Source of the DNA: Eledone cirrhosa
Taxonomy: Eukaryota
Direction of reading: 5' to 3'
NCBI GenBank assembly: GCA_964016885.1
Contig: OZ024745.1
Coordinates: 102,548,001-102,612,000, forward strand
Length of the DNA stretch: 64,000 nt
The notes under the pieces were generated by a model that saw nothing but the letters and a program-made list of their open reading frames with translations, searched no databases and was not told the origin of the DNA. A program made the position numbers and the translations under genes. Positions 27,326 through 41,774 of the stretch are shown here, piece after piece. Position 1 is the first letter of the stretch. Each line of letters opens with the position of its first letter.

Positions 27326-28905
27326 TGTGATTTGTGAATTCAGATATGGTTGTATGGTTACAGTGTTAGTGTTGCAATCATGAAATCCTGGATTTGATCT
27401 CACTGCATGACATTCTGATTAAGTGTCTTTTTCAATATCTTGGATCAACCTCAGTCTTGTGAGTGGAATTGAATAAACAAAAACTGTGTGAAAGCCCACT
27501 GGATGGATTGTACCTGTAATTCAAAGGTGCAGCTCTATAGTTCATATTTTGATTCTTGGTTGAATTAATTCTCTTTAACATGTTTAATCCCAAGTCAGCT
27601 CTGATCAAGGAAACTTATGGTAGTCAGTCAAATAAATAGGTTCGTCTCACAGATCTATAGTTCAAGATATACCATACTCAGCTGCCTAGCTAAGAACCAC
27701 ACTGAACACTCCAAATTAGTGGTTAATCAAATAACATATAGTGGAACAATAGCATTTATGTTGATGCACTTAACAAATGCATGAATTCCACAACATATCC
27801 TTACACTGTTCTTCTAATATAATATACCTTTGTGCTTAATTGGAAAGATCACCAATAATTTGTAAATCTCAGCATCAGGAATTGAGATGATGTTTTGTTA
27901 CTTACTGTCTTTTGTTTATCTAAGAAATCAATACATGCTATACAGCATATGTTGTTTAGATACTAGACATTTTATAAAGCCTCGTATATACCTATACCTA
28001 ATAATGACTGAACAAATAAACAAATTTTATAGTACTTGCAGAATATTTTATAGATGAACGCTAAACAAAAGGTAATTCTGCCAAATATTCTGCCACATAT
28101 CCTTACACAGAATGAAAACAAGCTTTGATACTAAACAGCCAAAAATCTTTTTATAACCTTCAATTATTTCCTGCTTTTTATTAGCCTGGATGTAATGAAT
28201 AAGAGAGGAACATTATATCTGTATTGCAGTCCAGTCTGGTCATAAAATAAACTCCTGATAACACATCATAGTAGTATTTGCTTCATTTTACAGAAATAGA
28301 AAATTTATTTATCTTTTTTTTTTCTTTTTTTTTTTCATCTTTTTGAAGTATAGATCAACCTTCCTTTAGAACTTAGAGCTAGCTGTTAACCAATGATTTC
28401 AGAAACTGTTGTCTTCTACTTAATTTTATCTGCAAAGAAAAGGATGCTATAAAATTAAAGCAGATGATGAGGATGAAGATGATAATTATGATGTTGACGG
28501 GATGAGGATTTTGAGGAAGATGATAGTGAAGAAGATGACAATTGAAAGGTAATAGAGAAACCAGACAAGGTTTTACTGATGAGGTTTCTCTTATTAAAAA
28601 CTTCATTAGGTCTTGGCAAAAATTGAAAATATATATTACTTTTAATTGTTTCTAGGCCACTACTGATTGGGTGCCTAAGCTGTAAGTTTTATAGCTTATG
28701 CCTAAATTCAGCACTGATGCCAATCTAACTGGATAATTTATTCAGTTTCATGCTCTGCTTGAATCAAAATAGAATTTAACCTTTTTTTTTCTCAAATATA
28801 TATATAGATCATCATCATCGTTTAACGTCCATTTTTTCATGCTAGCATGATATATGTGTGTGTGTGTATGTATATATATATATATATATATGTGTGTATG
28901 TGTGT

Positions 28906-29728
28906 CATCATCATCACCGTTTTACGGCCGTTCTTCCATGCTAGCACGGGTTAGACGGGTTGTCCTGTTGTGGGCAGTGTCTGGTCGGCTGACCATGCCT
29001 TGCTCATACAGGAACTGATTTTGGCTTCATTTTTACAGCTGGATGCCCTTCCTAACACCAACATCATTTACAGTGAGTGCTATGTGCTTTTTCCATGGCG
29101 CCTACACGTCCACTTTACAGTGTGGGTTGGGTGCTTTTTTGCTGTGGCACCTCCACCACCACCTTGCGGTGGGGGGTGTGGGGGCATATTGTCTATATAC
29201 TTCAGCATGTACCCATGGGAGGTCGGGTACTCTGTATTACTGCGTGACGCCAGAGGTCACGGTCGTGTGTCATCACCTTTGAGAGGTGTAATTGGGTAAG
29301 GTCGGCTTTTATCACCTCATCCCAGGTCTTCTTGGGTCTCCCCACTCCGTGGTTTCCATTGACTTCTAGTGCTCTGCACCTTTTTATGCAGCTGTCATCC
29401 TTCATACGCATCACATGTCCATACCAACGCAACCGCCTCTCCTGCACACATCATTTGATTCCGCTTATGCACAGTCTCTCTCTCAATTCATTTATGCTTT
29501 GTCGTTCGCGTATATTACTATTACATATCCATCGGAGCATGCAGGCTTCGTTTCCTTCTAATCTATGTAAGTTTTCCACCTTCAGCGCCCAGGTCTCACT
29601 ACCATGTAACATTGCTGTTCGGATACATGCATCATACAGTCTGCCTTTCACTTTGAGAGAGAAGCCTTTTGCAGCTAGCAGTGGCAGTAGTTGCCTGAAC
29701 TTCTTCCATCCTGTTCTTACCCTAGTTA
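28906..29728 (-). mobile_element. 5'-truncated RTE LINE
   Basis: Reverse complement of ~35840-36660 (MKGRLYDACIRTAMLHGSETW...), with a (CAT)n tail at the left. Confidence 0.92.
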
Positions 29729-30423
29729 TTGTATATATATTTTTACCCTAGTTATGTGTATATATATGCGTGTGTGTATATATATATATGTGTGTATGTA
29801 TGTATATATTTATATGTGTATATATATATATATATAAGGGTGGTGCCCCAGCATGGCCTCAGCCAGATGGCTGCAACAGGTAAAAGAGAATATATGGTAC
29901 ATGAATGTCATGTCCAAGCATATAGTTGTATGGTGTTAAAAGTTTACAATGTGAAAGTTATGAAGTGCATTTGTTAGACTTTTAACTTCCTTTTCTTATA
30001 TTTGTCTTGCAGATGTCATATATATAAATAGTACATCAAGGTTCCTCTTTCAATGTCTCCTTCTCTTAGCAACGTTTTTCTTATCCATTGGTATAGATAA
30101 TGTTTTGAAGCTGCTATAAGCCCTTTACAAAGTGAGGAAAGGAAGGCTGTCATCCAATTTTCACTGGGTTGCAGCCATCTCAATCAGAAAAGACCACATC
30201 TTTTTTATTGATGTCAACATTGCTAATCTTGGTTTCATCAATGTCATAGATGTCAACATCCTCCCCATCATGTCTCACTGTTGTTGATAGTTTGTCACCA
30301 TCATTATTCCCCTCTTTATCACCATTATTCTATTTTTTTGTTATTTCTGTAACTGAAATTTTGATGACTTAAATTAGTAGCTAGAGTAGCCAGATATGTT
30401 GCTTACATTACATAAAATATAAT

Positions 30424-30610
30424 TGTTTCTACTTTTGGCACAAGACCAGCAATTACCCAGTACATTACTGGTACTTTATTTTATCGACCCCGTAAGGATG
30501 AAAGGCAAAGTTAACTTCGGCGGGATTTGAACTCAGAATGGCAAGGGCCGTAACTCTATGCGTCAAAGCATGGCGTCCAACCCTCTACCGGTACTGCCAA
30601 TTCACCGCCC
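30424..30610 (-). mobile_element. Major SINE, full length with TSD
   Basis: TACATTACATAAAATATAATT occurs on both sides (~30403 and ~30611). Another copy lies at 30970-31158. Confidence 0.9.
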
Positions 30611-33600
30611 TACATTACATAAAATATAATATTAATCTATTTCATTCAGGGATTTTTCTTCTTTTTTTACAGTAATAATACATTAAATAAATTTTTTTTT
30701 CAATTTTCTTTTAGACACTGAAACTTGGTTGTTGGTGTTAATATTTATGACTAGGTTAGCCATGATCAAGCAGGCTTATGATCAAAATCATTCCAGTTGT
30801 GATCATCCCATCTTTTTTTTCAAATCCCATATTCAATATGCCTTTCTTCAATAGGGTAGATTATAGTTTAAAGAGGATTAAGCTGTTATTTCTGGGAAGC
30901 AAAGTGACTTTGTAGAGGCTCCTTTGGGTGTGTTGTTAAATACATTGTCTTACTGCTGTATATAGTATAAATAATTGTTTCTACTTTTGGCACAAGGCCA
31001 GCAATTACCCAGTGTATTACTGGTACTTTATTTTATCGACCCCGTAAGGATGAAAGGCAAAGTTAACCTTGGCAGGATTTGAACTCAGAATGGAAAGGGC
31101 CGTAACTCTTTGCGTCAAAGCATGGCGTCCGACCCTCTACCGATACTGCCAATCCACCAGTATGCTATCTAAGATCATCACAGCCTTCATCAAGGATAGG
31201 GTACATCATTTTCAAAATCCTATGGATTGGGAGGTTCTTAGCTAACTACAGCCATGTCCAGGTGTCCTGTCACAGGAGTATAGCTTTTGTTATCAGTTGA
31301 GCTAATTCATTTGACTTATAGTGTAATTTAGTCTCAGATCGGCCTATGGTTGACAGACATGATTAAAGGCTTTAGCCATTGTCTAGGTCAACATTTTTAA
31401 CACACTACTATATCTAAGCAAATGTAAGATCACATATGAGACATTGAGTTTAAGGTAAGCAGAAACAGTGTGGAAGCCCATTGGATGGATTGCAATCTCA
31501 TCACATTGTGTCACACTGAATCTGCTTGAGAGTTATGTTAAGGGAATATATAGCTATGAAATACTCAGCCATCTAATGAATAGAACACTCAGTTGATTGA
31601 AACCACTGGAGAATCCATCACCAAAATCAGGATTATTCTGGAACTAAACAATAACATCAATGCAGAGTTTTGGTTAATATTCTATTTAACCTTTTAGCAT
31701 TTACATTACTGTATATTTACTATTATATTTTCTCGGTAAAGGCTTTACTTCACATAATTATCTCACATAATATCAAATCTATGATATTATTGATATTATA
31801 TATTTTGAGAACAATGCCTTAACATCAGTATGAGCAGCCAGTTTGAACAGAAAGAGATAAGAGGATTCTGGCTGGATATGGCCGGTTTAAATGCTAAAGG
31901 GTTGAGGAAAGAACAAATCTAGTTTTCTAGGGTGCTGGATTTTTAGCACCACATACTTTAATTTAATTTGGTTTCTAGATATCTTTTTAAGGCTCCAATA
32001 TTAATCATAGAGTGTGGTATCTTGGGCATGTTTTATTTACTATAGCTTTTGGTTAACCCAATACATTTGGGTGAAATTGGGTAGATGGAAATTGTTTCAA
32101 AGCTCATTATGGACTGTACCTGTAATTCAAAGTCATGCTGAATCTCTCTGAAACTTATACCCAATGAATCCTCAGTCACTTTCACATTAATTTCAAAAGC
32201 AGTCTGTTCTGTTGTCTGAACAACTGGAACACTGATGGTGATGCATTCCAATTTAAGACAAAATAAAAATACAAAATTTTCTAGATTCTTATATGAAGTT
32301 ATCAAAACCATTTCTTATCATAATCTTTATCTACTCACAAGGAAATATTTTAAGTCATCAAATTATGATTAATTATATTGCATGGCAAAATATAAACAAT
32401 GAAGACTAAGTAATCCCAATGGAAATAAGACTCAGTAGAGGAAGACCATGGAAAACATCGGCAGAGATGGTGAGAGCCGACCTCAGATCACTGAAGCTCA
32501 CAGAGATGACGAAGGACCATGACAAATGGAGATATGCTGTGCTAAAGAGGATCTGTCCCACCCTTGCAAGCAGAGAAAAGCAGACGTAAAATGATGATGA
32601 TGATGAAGACAATGAAGGAACCTCTATATTAATGTTTAACCTGCTGGAAATAGCAGTAACATCTCTCTCAATTCACACTATTACTTTATAAATACTGATT
32701 CCTCCACATTAAGCATCAGCAAGAGATTTATCATTAATTCTATTTATTGGGAAATCTGATTGGTATGAACTTTTAATAATGGCCAATAAAACATTTAATG
32801 TTCAAATCTGTAAGTACATCAAGTTCAACCTAATTAATGTATACATAAACAAATTAAGATAGTTTATCTGAATTATATGTATAATATCTAAATGTTCAAG
32901 AAAACTACATCTTTATGCAATTGGTCATTAATTCAGTATATTATGAAGATATTAAGTATATGATATACTGCTGCTGTCATACTAACTTTCTGAGATGTGA
33001 CTATGGTGTAAGTTTCAATATTTGAAACTCATACAAATGAAGCAAATTATGCATTTCTCCAGTGTATTAAGATAAATTATTGGAAAATGTAGATAATACT
33101 GAAACTAATTATTGTAATAAATATATTTAAAAACAATCACAATGTATCATTTTTTTTTAAATTGAACAAGAAAATCAGTAACAATGAAACATTTGTAACA
33201 GATGAAAAATTGGTTTTGTTATCTGATTCATCATCTTAGACAAAAATGGCTGTCTGTGTATTAGAGGAAGAAAATAAATATTTTAGTTTATAATGGCCAC
33301 TGGTGAAATTTACATTGTCTAAATTTCTGTCACTTTTCTAAAAAGATTCATAAAACATTCACTAAGCAAAAGTCACAACCTCTTTTATCATAATTTTTCT
33401 CCTCTTCCTTCTACTCTTTCTTTTCTTCCTCCTACTCCTACTTATGTCCTCTCTCTCTTACTCCCTTTTCCACACAACCTCCTATTTACTTGTTTAATCA
33501 CATTATAATCACTCACTATATTATGCAGATACCTATGATATGATGAACTGCCGTTTCTGAATATATTTTGACCGTAGGATAGTACATACATAAAACTTGG

Positions 33601-35099
33601 TTCCAAGTGAAATAGATTATACATTTCTCTTGCATATATAAAAGATACTGCAAGCTTAAAATTACTGGAGAGTTGGCCCTGATTACAATATCCCTAATCT
33701 TGTTAAAATCACTGTGCTGTACACAGACTGCTTTGCCAACAAGCTTTGTCCTAAGTTGAATGGATATAAAATTGAAGACAATCTGGATGGGGCAAAATAT
33801 TTCTAAGAACATTTAAAGTACCTTAAACCTTTCATTACCATATTTCTAATAGAAGACACTACCTATAATTTTCAAATAATTTTGAAAATAATAAAACATT
33901 TGGAAGGATTTAGTAATAAAACCAGCCTTTTATTATCAAGCTGGTGTTTGGGACATAACATAATAAAGGTTCTTACCTAAAAGGATGGGGGAAGTTTTTC
34001 AATAAATATAAACACATTGAAACAGATTTGTACTATAGAATCAGAGGTGGTTTTAGGCAGTTTAATAGTATGAGGGTTAATTTTCACAAAAAAAGGAACA
34101 TATATATGTGTGCATGTGTGTGTGTGTGCTATTGGATGTGAGAATGACTACTCATTACCAAATTCGAGTTTATTCATTTGTTACCCTGGAGTTTTGAGTG
34201 GTGATTCTGTGAGTGCACAGGTGAAATTCCAGAGTAACAAGGTTCACCACTAAAGCCATAACAGATGTCGTTTCATTTTTACGTCTGCTTTTCCATGCAT
34301 GTGTGTGCGTATATATATATCATCATCATCATAAATTCTACATCAATTTTTCTATGCTAGCATGGGTTATATATATACAAATAATATATAAAATACAAAA
34401 TCTATATTATAAAACTGAATGCAAACTCTCTTGTTTCTTATGATATTTTGCATCAACATATATCCTATATGTGATGTAAAGATATCTTGATATTTAATGT
34501 ACATATTTTAGGTTGGTAACAGAAGTTGTTCTGTGTTGTTCTGTATGCATAAGTGATGGTTATGTGTGTAGAAGGGACTGCATTGAAGAAAAAGAAGTGG
34601 ACAATTGAGGCCTTTGACTGTAGATGTGTGAAAGATAGGTAGCATTAGCAATTGACCACTGACTGAAAGCCAAGATGTTTTAGCAGGAAGGAGGAAAAAA
34701 TAATAAGCTAACCTGATCTGACCTTTTATAGCTGGGCCATCCAAAATTTCTATTAATGATAGATGATGAGGTTTGAAGATGAACATTTGATATGGCTGGG
34801 TGGTGACTTCTTCTTGTCATATGACATGCATAAGAGTTATAGAGGTAGATTGATATTGGTGAGCCAAACTAAGGTATCATTTGTAGTATTATAAATTGCC
34901 TCCAGGCCATCTGAGGGAACAATCCCAAACAACATTCAGCATTGTCTGGTCAGGTTCCCTACTATCACATGTTGGGTTGTGCTGGCATGTGTTGTACAAA
35001 TCTGAATAGATAGATGGTGGAGGTTGAGGTGGCAGATGGAAAATCTAGTAGGTCAAGGAAAACTAAGAAATTCAACCATGAATAGTAATATATATAAAT

Positions 35100-36665
35100 C
35101 TAGCTAAAAGTAAGCCACTCTACTTGGCATTTGTCGACCTTGAGAAAGCCTTTGACAGAGTTCCACGTGCAGTAATCTGGTGGGCTCTTAGAAAACTAGG
35201 AGTAGATGAATGGCTTGTGAAAGCGGTACAAGCCATATATAGGGGAGCAGTCAGAAAAAGTTAGGATTGGCAATGAGTATAGCGAGGAATTTAGCGTACA
35301 GGTTGGGGGCCACTAGGGCTCTGTTCTTAGCCCTCTCCTGTTCATCATAGTCCTGCAGGCAATAACGGAGGAGTTTAAGACCGGATGCCCATGGGAACTC
35401 CTGTATGCTGATGACCTCACACTCATAGCTGAATCTATGGTAGAACTAGAGAATAAATTCCAAACCTGGAAGCAGGGACTAGAGAGAAAGGGCCTCAAAG
35501 TCAACATGACAAAGACTAAGGTCCTTATAAGTAGACGAGAAAACAGAACCCAGATCCCCTCAGGGAAATGGCCTTGCTCAGTATGTAGGAAAGGTGTAGG
35601 TAGGAACTCCATTTTCTGCCCCAAATGCAAACAATGGGTACACAAGAGATGTAGCGGGATCTCAGGAAGCTTAATTAAGAATGTAGGATTCACATGCAGC
35701 AGCTGTGCTGAAACAGCAAGCAGACAGCCACAGGAAACAAGTACCACCAATCTCTGGGAGGGCCCTGTAGAAACAGTAGACAGCTTCTGCTACCTAGGTG
35801 ACCGAATTAGCAACGGAGGTGGGTGCTCAGAAAGTACAATAACTAGGGTAAGAACGGGATGGAAGAAGTTTAGGCAACTACTACCACTGCTAGCTGCAAA
35901 AGGCTTCTCCCTCAGAATGAAAGGCAGACTGTATGATGCGTGTATCCGAACAGCGATGTTGCATGGTAGTGAGACCTGGGCGCTGAAGGTGGAAGACTTA
36001 CGTAGATTAGAGAGAAACGAAGCCTGCATGCTCCGATGGATGTGTAACAGTAATATACGTGAACGACAAAGCATAAAGGAATTGAGAGAGAGACTGAGCA
36101 TAAGAGGAATCAAATGCTGCGTGCAGGAGAGGCGGTTACGCTGGTATGGACATGTGATGCGTATGAAGGATGACAGCTGCATAAAAAGGTGCAGAGCACT
36201 AGATGTCAATGGAAACCGCGGAGTGGGGAGACCCAAGATGACTTGGGATGAGGTGATAAAAGCCGACCTTACCCAACTACACCTCTCAAAATCAATGACA
36301 CACGACCGTGACTTCTGGCGTCACGCAGTAATACAGGGTACCCGACCTCCCATGGGTACATGCTGAAGCATATAAACAATATGCCCCCCCCCCCCACCGC
36401 AAGGTGGTCGTGGAGGTGCCACGGCAAAAAAGCACCCAGCACTCACTGTAAAGTGGACGTGTAGGCGCCACGAAAAAGCACCCAGCACTCACTGTAAATG
36501 AGGTTGGTGTTAGGAAGGGCATCCAGCTGTAGAAATCAAGCCAGATCAGTTCCTGTATGAGCAAGGCATGGTCAGCCGACCAGACGCTGCCCACAACAGG
36601 ACAACCCGTCTAACCCATGCTAGCGTGGAAGAACGGACGTAAAACGGTGATGATGATGATGATGA
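35100..36665 (+). mobile_element. 5'-truncated RTE-clade LINE, the longest copy in the window
   Basis: Motifs FVDLEKAFDRVP, GH*GSVLSPLLF and LYADDL; ORF to 36366; 3' UTR and (GAT)n tail. Confidence 0.93.
35437..36366 (+). pseudogene. Open C-terminal part of the RTE ORF (late RT, PHD finger, C-terminal domain)
   Basis: 309-aa ORF containing CSVC...CPKCKQWVHKRC...CSSC (C4HC3 spacing) before FCYLGD. The upstream RT has a frameshift (~35258) and a TAG. Confidence 0.85.
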
Positions 36666-37613
36666 TAAACATCAGTTGTAAAATATCCAGTGATTGTGTT
36701 AATTGCTACGTATGTTTTACCCTTAAGGTTATATTTAATATTTGAGAAAGGTTACAAAACTGCACTGAATAGTTGTTAAACAAAGTCATTGGAAAACTAA
36801 AAGAATATTATTTTCCATATTCTAATTAATTCTATACAAACATTTCACTGACAAAAAATAAAGGTACCAGCCCATTGTCATTCTTGGATAAATCACCAAA
36901 ATAAGATTATATGCTAATAAATATTTTGTAATATACAAAGACTGGTGAAAAGGTATTAAACCTTAGTCTGGGGGAAAAAGTTACAATCTTGGTGGAATTC
37001 AGTTGCTGATCCCCTTCGAGCGAGACATGAGTGATGAATTTGAGGCAACAGAGAAGGCTAGCAAGAATGGAAATGGGATTGGTCCAGTGGAGGAATGGAG
37101 TATCGATGAAAGATGAATATAAAGAATGAATGACAGAGGATGATGGTAATAGAGCCAGTTGTGAAGAAAAATGGACAAGATGGTTGGGTCGTGTGTTGAG
37201 AAAAGAAGAAAGGGACTGAGTGAGAAGAGTGATGAAAAGTAATGCGGAAGTACATAAATTTAATGAGCTACAGCATTACTTTAATCATATTAATATAAAG
37301 TTTGGACAATCAATCATTATTTTGATTTTCATTTCCATGTTAGCTACATTAACCCTTCTATCACCATATTTCTAGCACATGTTTCAATAAATTTTGAAAC
37401 TAATAAAAAATTTAGAAGGGTTTAATTAAGTGAATGTTTGAATCTTAACACATTTTAATTTAAATCTTTTGATACTAACTTTCCTAAATGATACAAAACT
37501 TTATTTTATAGTGTTCTTATGATAAAAATTTTCATCATAATTTTATGAAGAACATTTTAAGAAATGCTCTAAACACTGGTATTATAAAGAGAACATTATT
37601 TCTTATTAAATTC

Positions 37614-37828
37614 GCTGGAACCGACGAGACGCTTTTTAAATAGGCGGTGGATTGGCAGTGTCGGTAGAAGGTCGGACGCCATGCTTTGATGCAAAGAGTT
37701 ACGGCCCTTGCCATTCTGTGTTCAAATCCAGCCGAGGTTAACTTTGCCTTTCATCCTTATGGGGTCGATAAAATAAAGTACCAGTAATACACTGGGTAAT
37801 TGCTGGCCTTGTGCCAAAAGTAGAAACA
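37614..37828 (+). mobile_element. Major SINE with a 29-nt 5' extension inside a 19-bp TSD
   Basis: ATTATTTCTTATTAAATTC at 37595-37613 and 37829-37847; the SINE head starts at 37643. Confidence 0.9.
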
Positions 37829-39877
37829 ATTATTTCTTATTAAATTCTTTCAAATTCTTGATTATTTTCAAAATTAATTGAAATATATATCAACTAGAAA
37901 TTGATTGACATATATATATATTTAAAATAAACACATGAAATAATCACAGAGGATAATTTGTAAAGTGTGTAATCACACATAGCTAGGTAGGTAACTAATT
38001 AAAGTTTAACTAGAGCTTCAAATATTACCTTTTAAAAAATGATTAATCTTCATCATCATCATCATCATCATCGTTTAACGTCCATATTCCACGCTTGCAT
38101 GGGTCTTGTATATATTTCATTAAAGAAATATATTTCACCATATATTACATAGGGAATATGCTAAGGAAGGGGTTACATATAATCAATTTAAGATAAGAAT
38201 TTTTGTATGAAGGAATCCAAGGTGGTCTCTGAGGAGTTAATGTTGAAAGTGGTTTAGGTATCTCATGAGAAATATAACAGCTTTCCTGAGAAAATTCAAT
38301 TCTGTCCTGATTAATTACACCACAGTCCACACATTTCTACAAATACAAATAATTTCTTCTGCTTTATCTGTCCCTGAATGTATTTATCAACGTTTAGATG
38401 ATAAAACTAAATATTAAATCACTGGTAAATAACACTCCATGTTTTCTTAAATACTCAGAACCAAAATAGATTTTTAAAGATATCAGCAGACGACCTTTGA
38501 AAGACAAATGAAACATTCATCTTTGATCTACTTATTTTTGGATTTCATATCCAAGCTCTCAATTTAATTTTACTGCCATTAAACGTCTATTCAGCTATTG
38601 ATTTGCTTCAATTGATAGAATGGTATTTCTAAATTAGGATGGGATTCTCTTAAAACTAATGTTTGCCAGTTTGGCTGAGCAATTTCAATTTCAATTTACT
38701 TTCTTATTTATTTATCTTCATAATGATGATGATGATGATGATGATAATAATAATAATAATAACAGTAACAAAAACAACAATAATAATAGTAATAACATCA
38801 ATAATAATAATGATGATTGTGATTTTTAACTTAAGCACAACACTACAATTTTGCAAGAGGGTAATTCTGGTTTAAATCAACCCTGTAATTGACTGTTACT
38901 CTATTTTATCATCTCTGGAATTGTGAAAAAAAAATTGACCTTCGTAGGATCTAAACACAGAATGTAACTAAATACTACCTGAATACACTTCATAACAAAA
39001 TAAATACTACGATGAATTTTGTCTGTCACTAATTTTAGCACAAGACAACAGCATCATAAATCAGAGGTGGGGGTTAAAATCAACTTCATCATCTATACGT
39101 CATTAATGTAATTCATTTTAAGATGCAAAGCAAATTTAAGTCTGGTAGAAGTTAAAGTAATTACATAAATTTATGTAGTGCAGTGAAGTGCAATGTTGTA
39201 AGATGTGGACATTGAATGCAGATGATTTACAAAGGTTAGAAAGAGATGAAGTGAACATGTTTCATTGGATGCATAATGTGTGCATAAAGGATGAGGCACA
39301 GATATGCTGAGAGGAAAATTTGATATAAGATAAATCAGATGTATTGTGCAAGAGAAAATACTGTGCTGGTACAGACATATAATGGTCATGGTTAAAGATT
39401 GTTGTGTGAAGAAGTATTAGGAGTTCCAAGTGGAAATAAACTGTGGAAGAGTAAGCTAAAGGATATGGTGGAAGCTGATTTCAAGAGACTAAATGTCACA
39501 ATGGAGATGACAAAGGAAAGAGGCAAATGAAGAGGACTTGTGTAACCCATGAAAGCATGGTAAAGTGGATGTAAGAATAATGATGATAATGATATAAGAA
39601 ATACAAGTAAAATGTTAAATGACATGGGACAGTTTATGATGGAATAAAATAAAATAAAGAGCAATGCCACATTCTAGATACTTCCCTCTCCACTACAAAG
39701 GAACTCATCAAACTCTTCCATGAAGTTGTTTTAAGCGAAAACTGGTCAAGTACAAAAATACAAAACTGTTCTTTGTGATGTAAAAAATAAACGTTTCCTT
39801 GTTTATTAAACATGTAACATATATAAAAAATAAAAACACATTAGGTGCTTTTTTCAAATCATTATCATATATATATA

Positions 39878-40062
39878 GGGCGGTGGATTGGCAGTATCGG
39901 TAGAGGGTCAGACGCCATGCTTTCCAGCATAGTTACGTCCCTTTACGATCTGAGTTCAAATCCCGCCGAGGTTGACTTTGCCTTTCATCCTTACGGGGTC
40001 GATAAAATAAAGTACCAGTAATGCACTGGGTAATTGCTGGCCTTGTGCCTAAAGTAGAAACA
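39878..40062 (+). mobile_element. Major SINE, full length with TSD
   Basis: ATTATCATATATATATA on both sides. Confidence 0.9.
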
Positions 40063-40111
40063 ATTATCATATATATATATATGTGTGTGTGTGTATATAT
40101 ATATATATATC

Positions 40112-40386
40112 TATCAAGCAAGAATATTTTCGAAACAGCGAGCGCATTTGAAATTATAAATGTAAGCTATCGCCGTATTTTGACTAAAGAAATTAAAGAA
40201 AATTATTTAGCCTGATAGTGGGGTTAAGAACCGTCGTAGAAATGGAAAACGATGAGTATTGATGTACATGTATGTCAATACTCATCTTTCTCCATTTCTC
40301 CGAGGGTTCTTAACCCCACTATCAGGCTAAATAATTTTCTTTAATTTCTTTAGTCAAAATACGACGATAGCTTACATTTATAATTT
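40112..40386. repeat. Foldback element (arms ~115 bp, almost no spacer) with a one-sided tail
   Basis: 40151-40265 is the reverse complement of 40272-40386. An unfolded relative lies at 14207-14352. Flanked by (TA)n. Confidence 0.85.
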
Positions 40387-40856
40387 ATATATATATATAT
40401 ATATATATATTTACATAATAAACAACACAATATAATTATTTCATTACCAAAGGTTTCAAGAAACTAAATGATTCTTGTAAGATACATCCAGTTTGTTCAA
40501 CAAAAAAAATAATGAAATAATTATATTGTGTTGTTTATTATGTAATTAAATAGCGCTGCACAACCCACAGAGCACTCTTTTTTCCTTTACCTTTTCTACG
40601 GAAATATTTAACACATATATATATAGAGAGATAGAGAGACTAAGAAAGACCTGGCCAGAGGTTGTGAGAGTTGACCTCAAATCACTGAGACACACAAGGT
40701 GATGACAAAGGATCACTGAGTGTTGAGAGATGCTGTGATGAGAAGGACCTGTCCAACCCTTGGAAGCATGAAAAATCAGATGTAAAAACGATGATGATAT
40801 GTATATATGATATGTATATATATTATTTGAAAAGGTTTGAAATGATGAGTGTATAT

Positions 40857-41213
40857 CTGTGAACAGCCGATTGCTATGTGCAAAAGGTCAGGTTAAAATC
40901 TAACCACATGTGGTTCTAGAAGGAAGCTGAAGAGGTCATCACAACGATATAGTTCTCTATTTCTCTTTGGTCTACATTCTTTTTTTTATCATTTTTTTCT
41001 TTCGCAATTCTCCAAGAGTATTTTGCTCCATTGATCTCATTCCTTCTTTTCTCCACTCCTCTTCTCTCTTTCTCTGTAGCCCTTTTATTTCTCATCTCAT
41101 ACTTTAGACTCTCTTTCTTCCATTCTCTCCCTCTCTCTCCATTCTTCTGCTCAATATGTGGTTATATTTTAACCTGAAGTTTTGCTATACACATAGAATT
41201 CAGCTGTTCACAG
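40857..41213. mobile_element. MITE-like element with ~55-bp imperfect TIRs
   Basis: CTGTGAACAGCCGATTGCTATGTG...CAGGTTAAAATCTAACCACAT is mirrored at 41155-41213. Confidence 0.65.
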
Positions 41214-41289
41214 CTAACTCTGGGTTGAGTTTCCTACAGTTTTATGAAAATTCATATATATACGCAGTTATATCCAGAGAAAAGCATTT

Positions 41290-41760
41290 CAGCTAATCAT
41301 ATAAAATCACACATCGAGACTCCCTAGACTCTGGCCTATAAGCATGTTATCTATTTCCTCTAACAATGATCTCTGTTCTATAATCTGCACTAGTCTCACA
41401 CCACCTTAACTCACTTCCTCCTGACTCACTCATCTCTCCACCTTTCATCATTTGCTGTGTTCAAACCCCTAGACCTCATATCAACTCCTAGGCCTATTCA
41501 TTCTTGTCCAGAATGTCAATCTTAGAGAAATACTTGTTTACATTTTTTTCTAAAGGAGTTCATCTTCAACATTTTAAAAGACACATCAACAGCATCAATC
41601 TTATTGGTTTTGGTGGGTTTGTGATTGATATAGGCATTGTCACTTTCTCCAGACCTACCAAATTATAAATAAAGAACTGTCCTAAAAATAATTGTTGCAA
41701 TCAAAAATTCTCATCAGTTTCCTCACAGTCTGTGATATTTATTCCACCCCACTTCTTACC
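41290..41760 (+). pseudogene. Possible highly decayed PLE RT fragment
   Basis: Remnant PRPIHSCP...LKDT motifs appear in PLE order. The evidence is weak. Confidence 0.35.
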
Positions 41761-41774
41761 AGACAACTACATTA

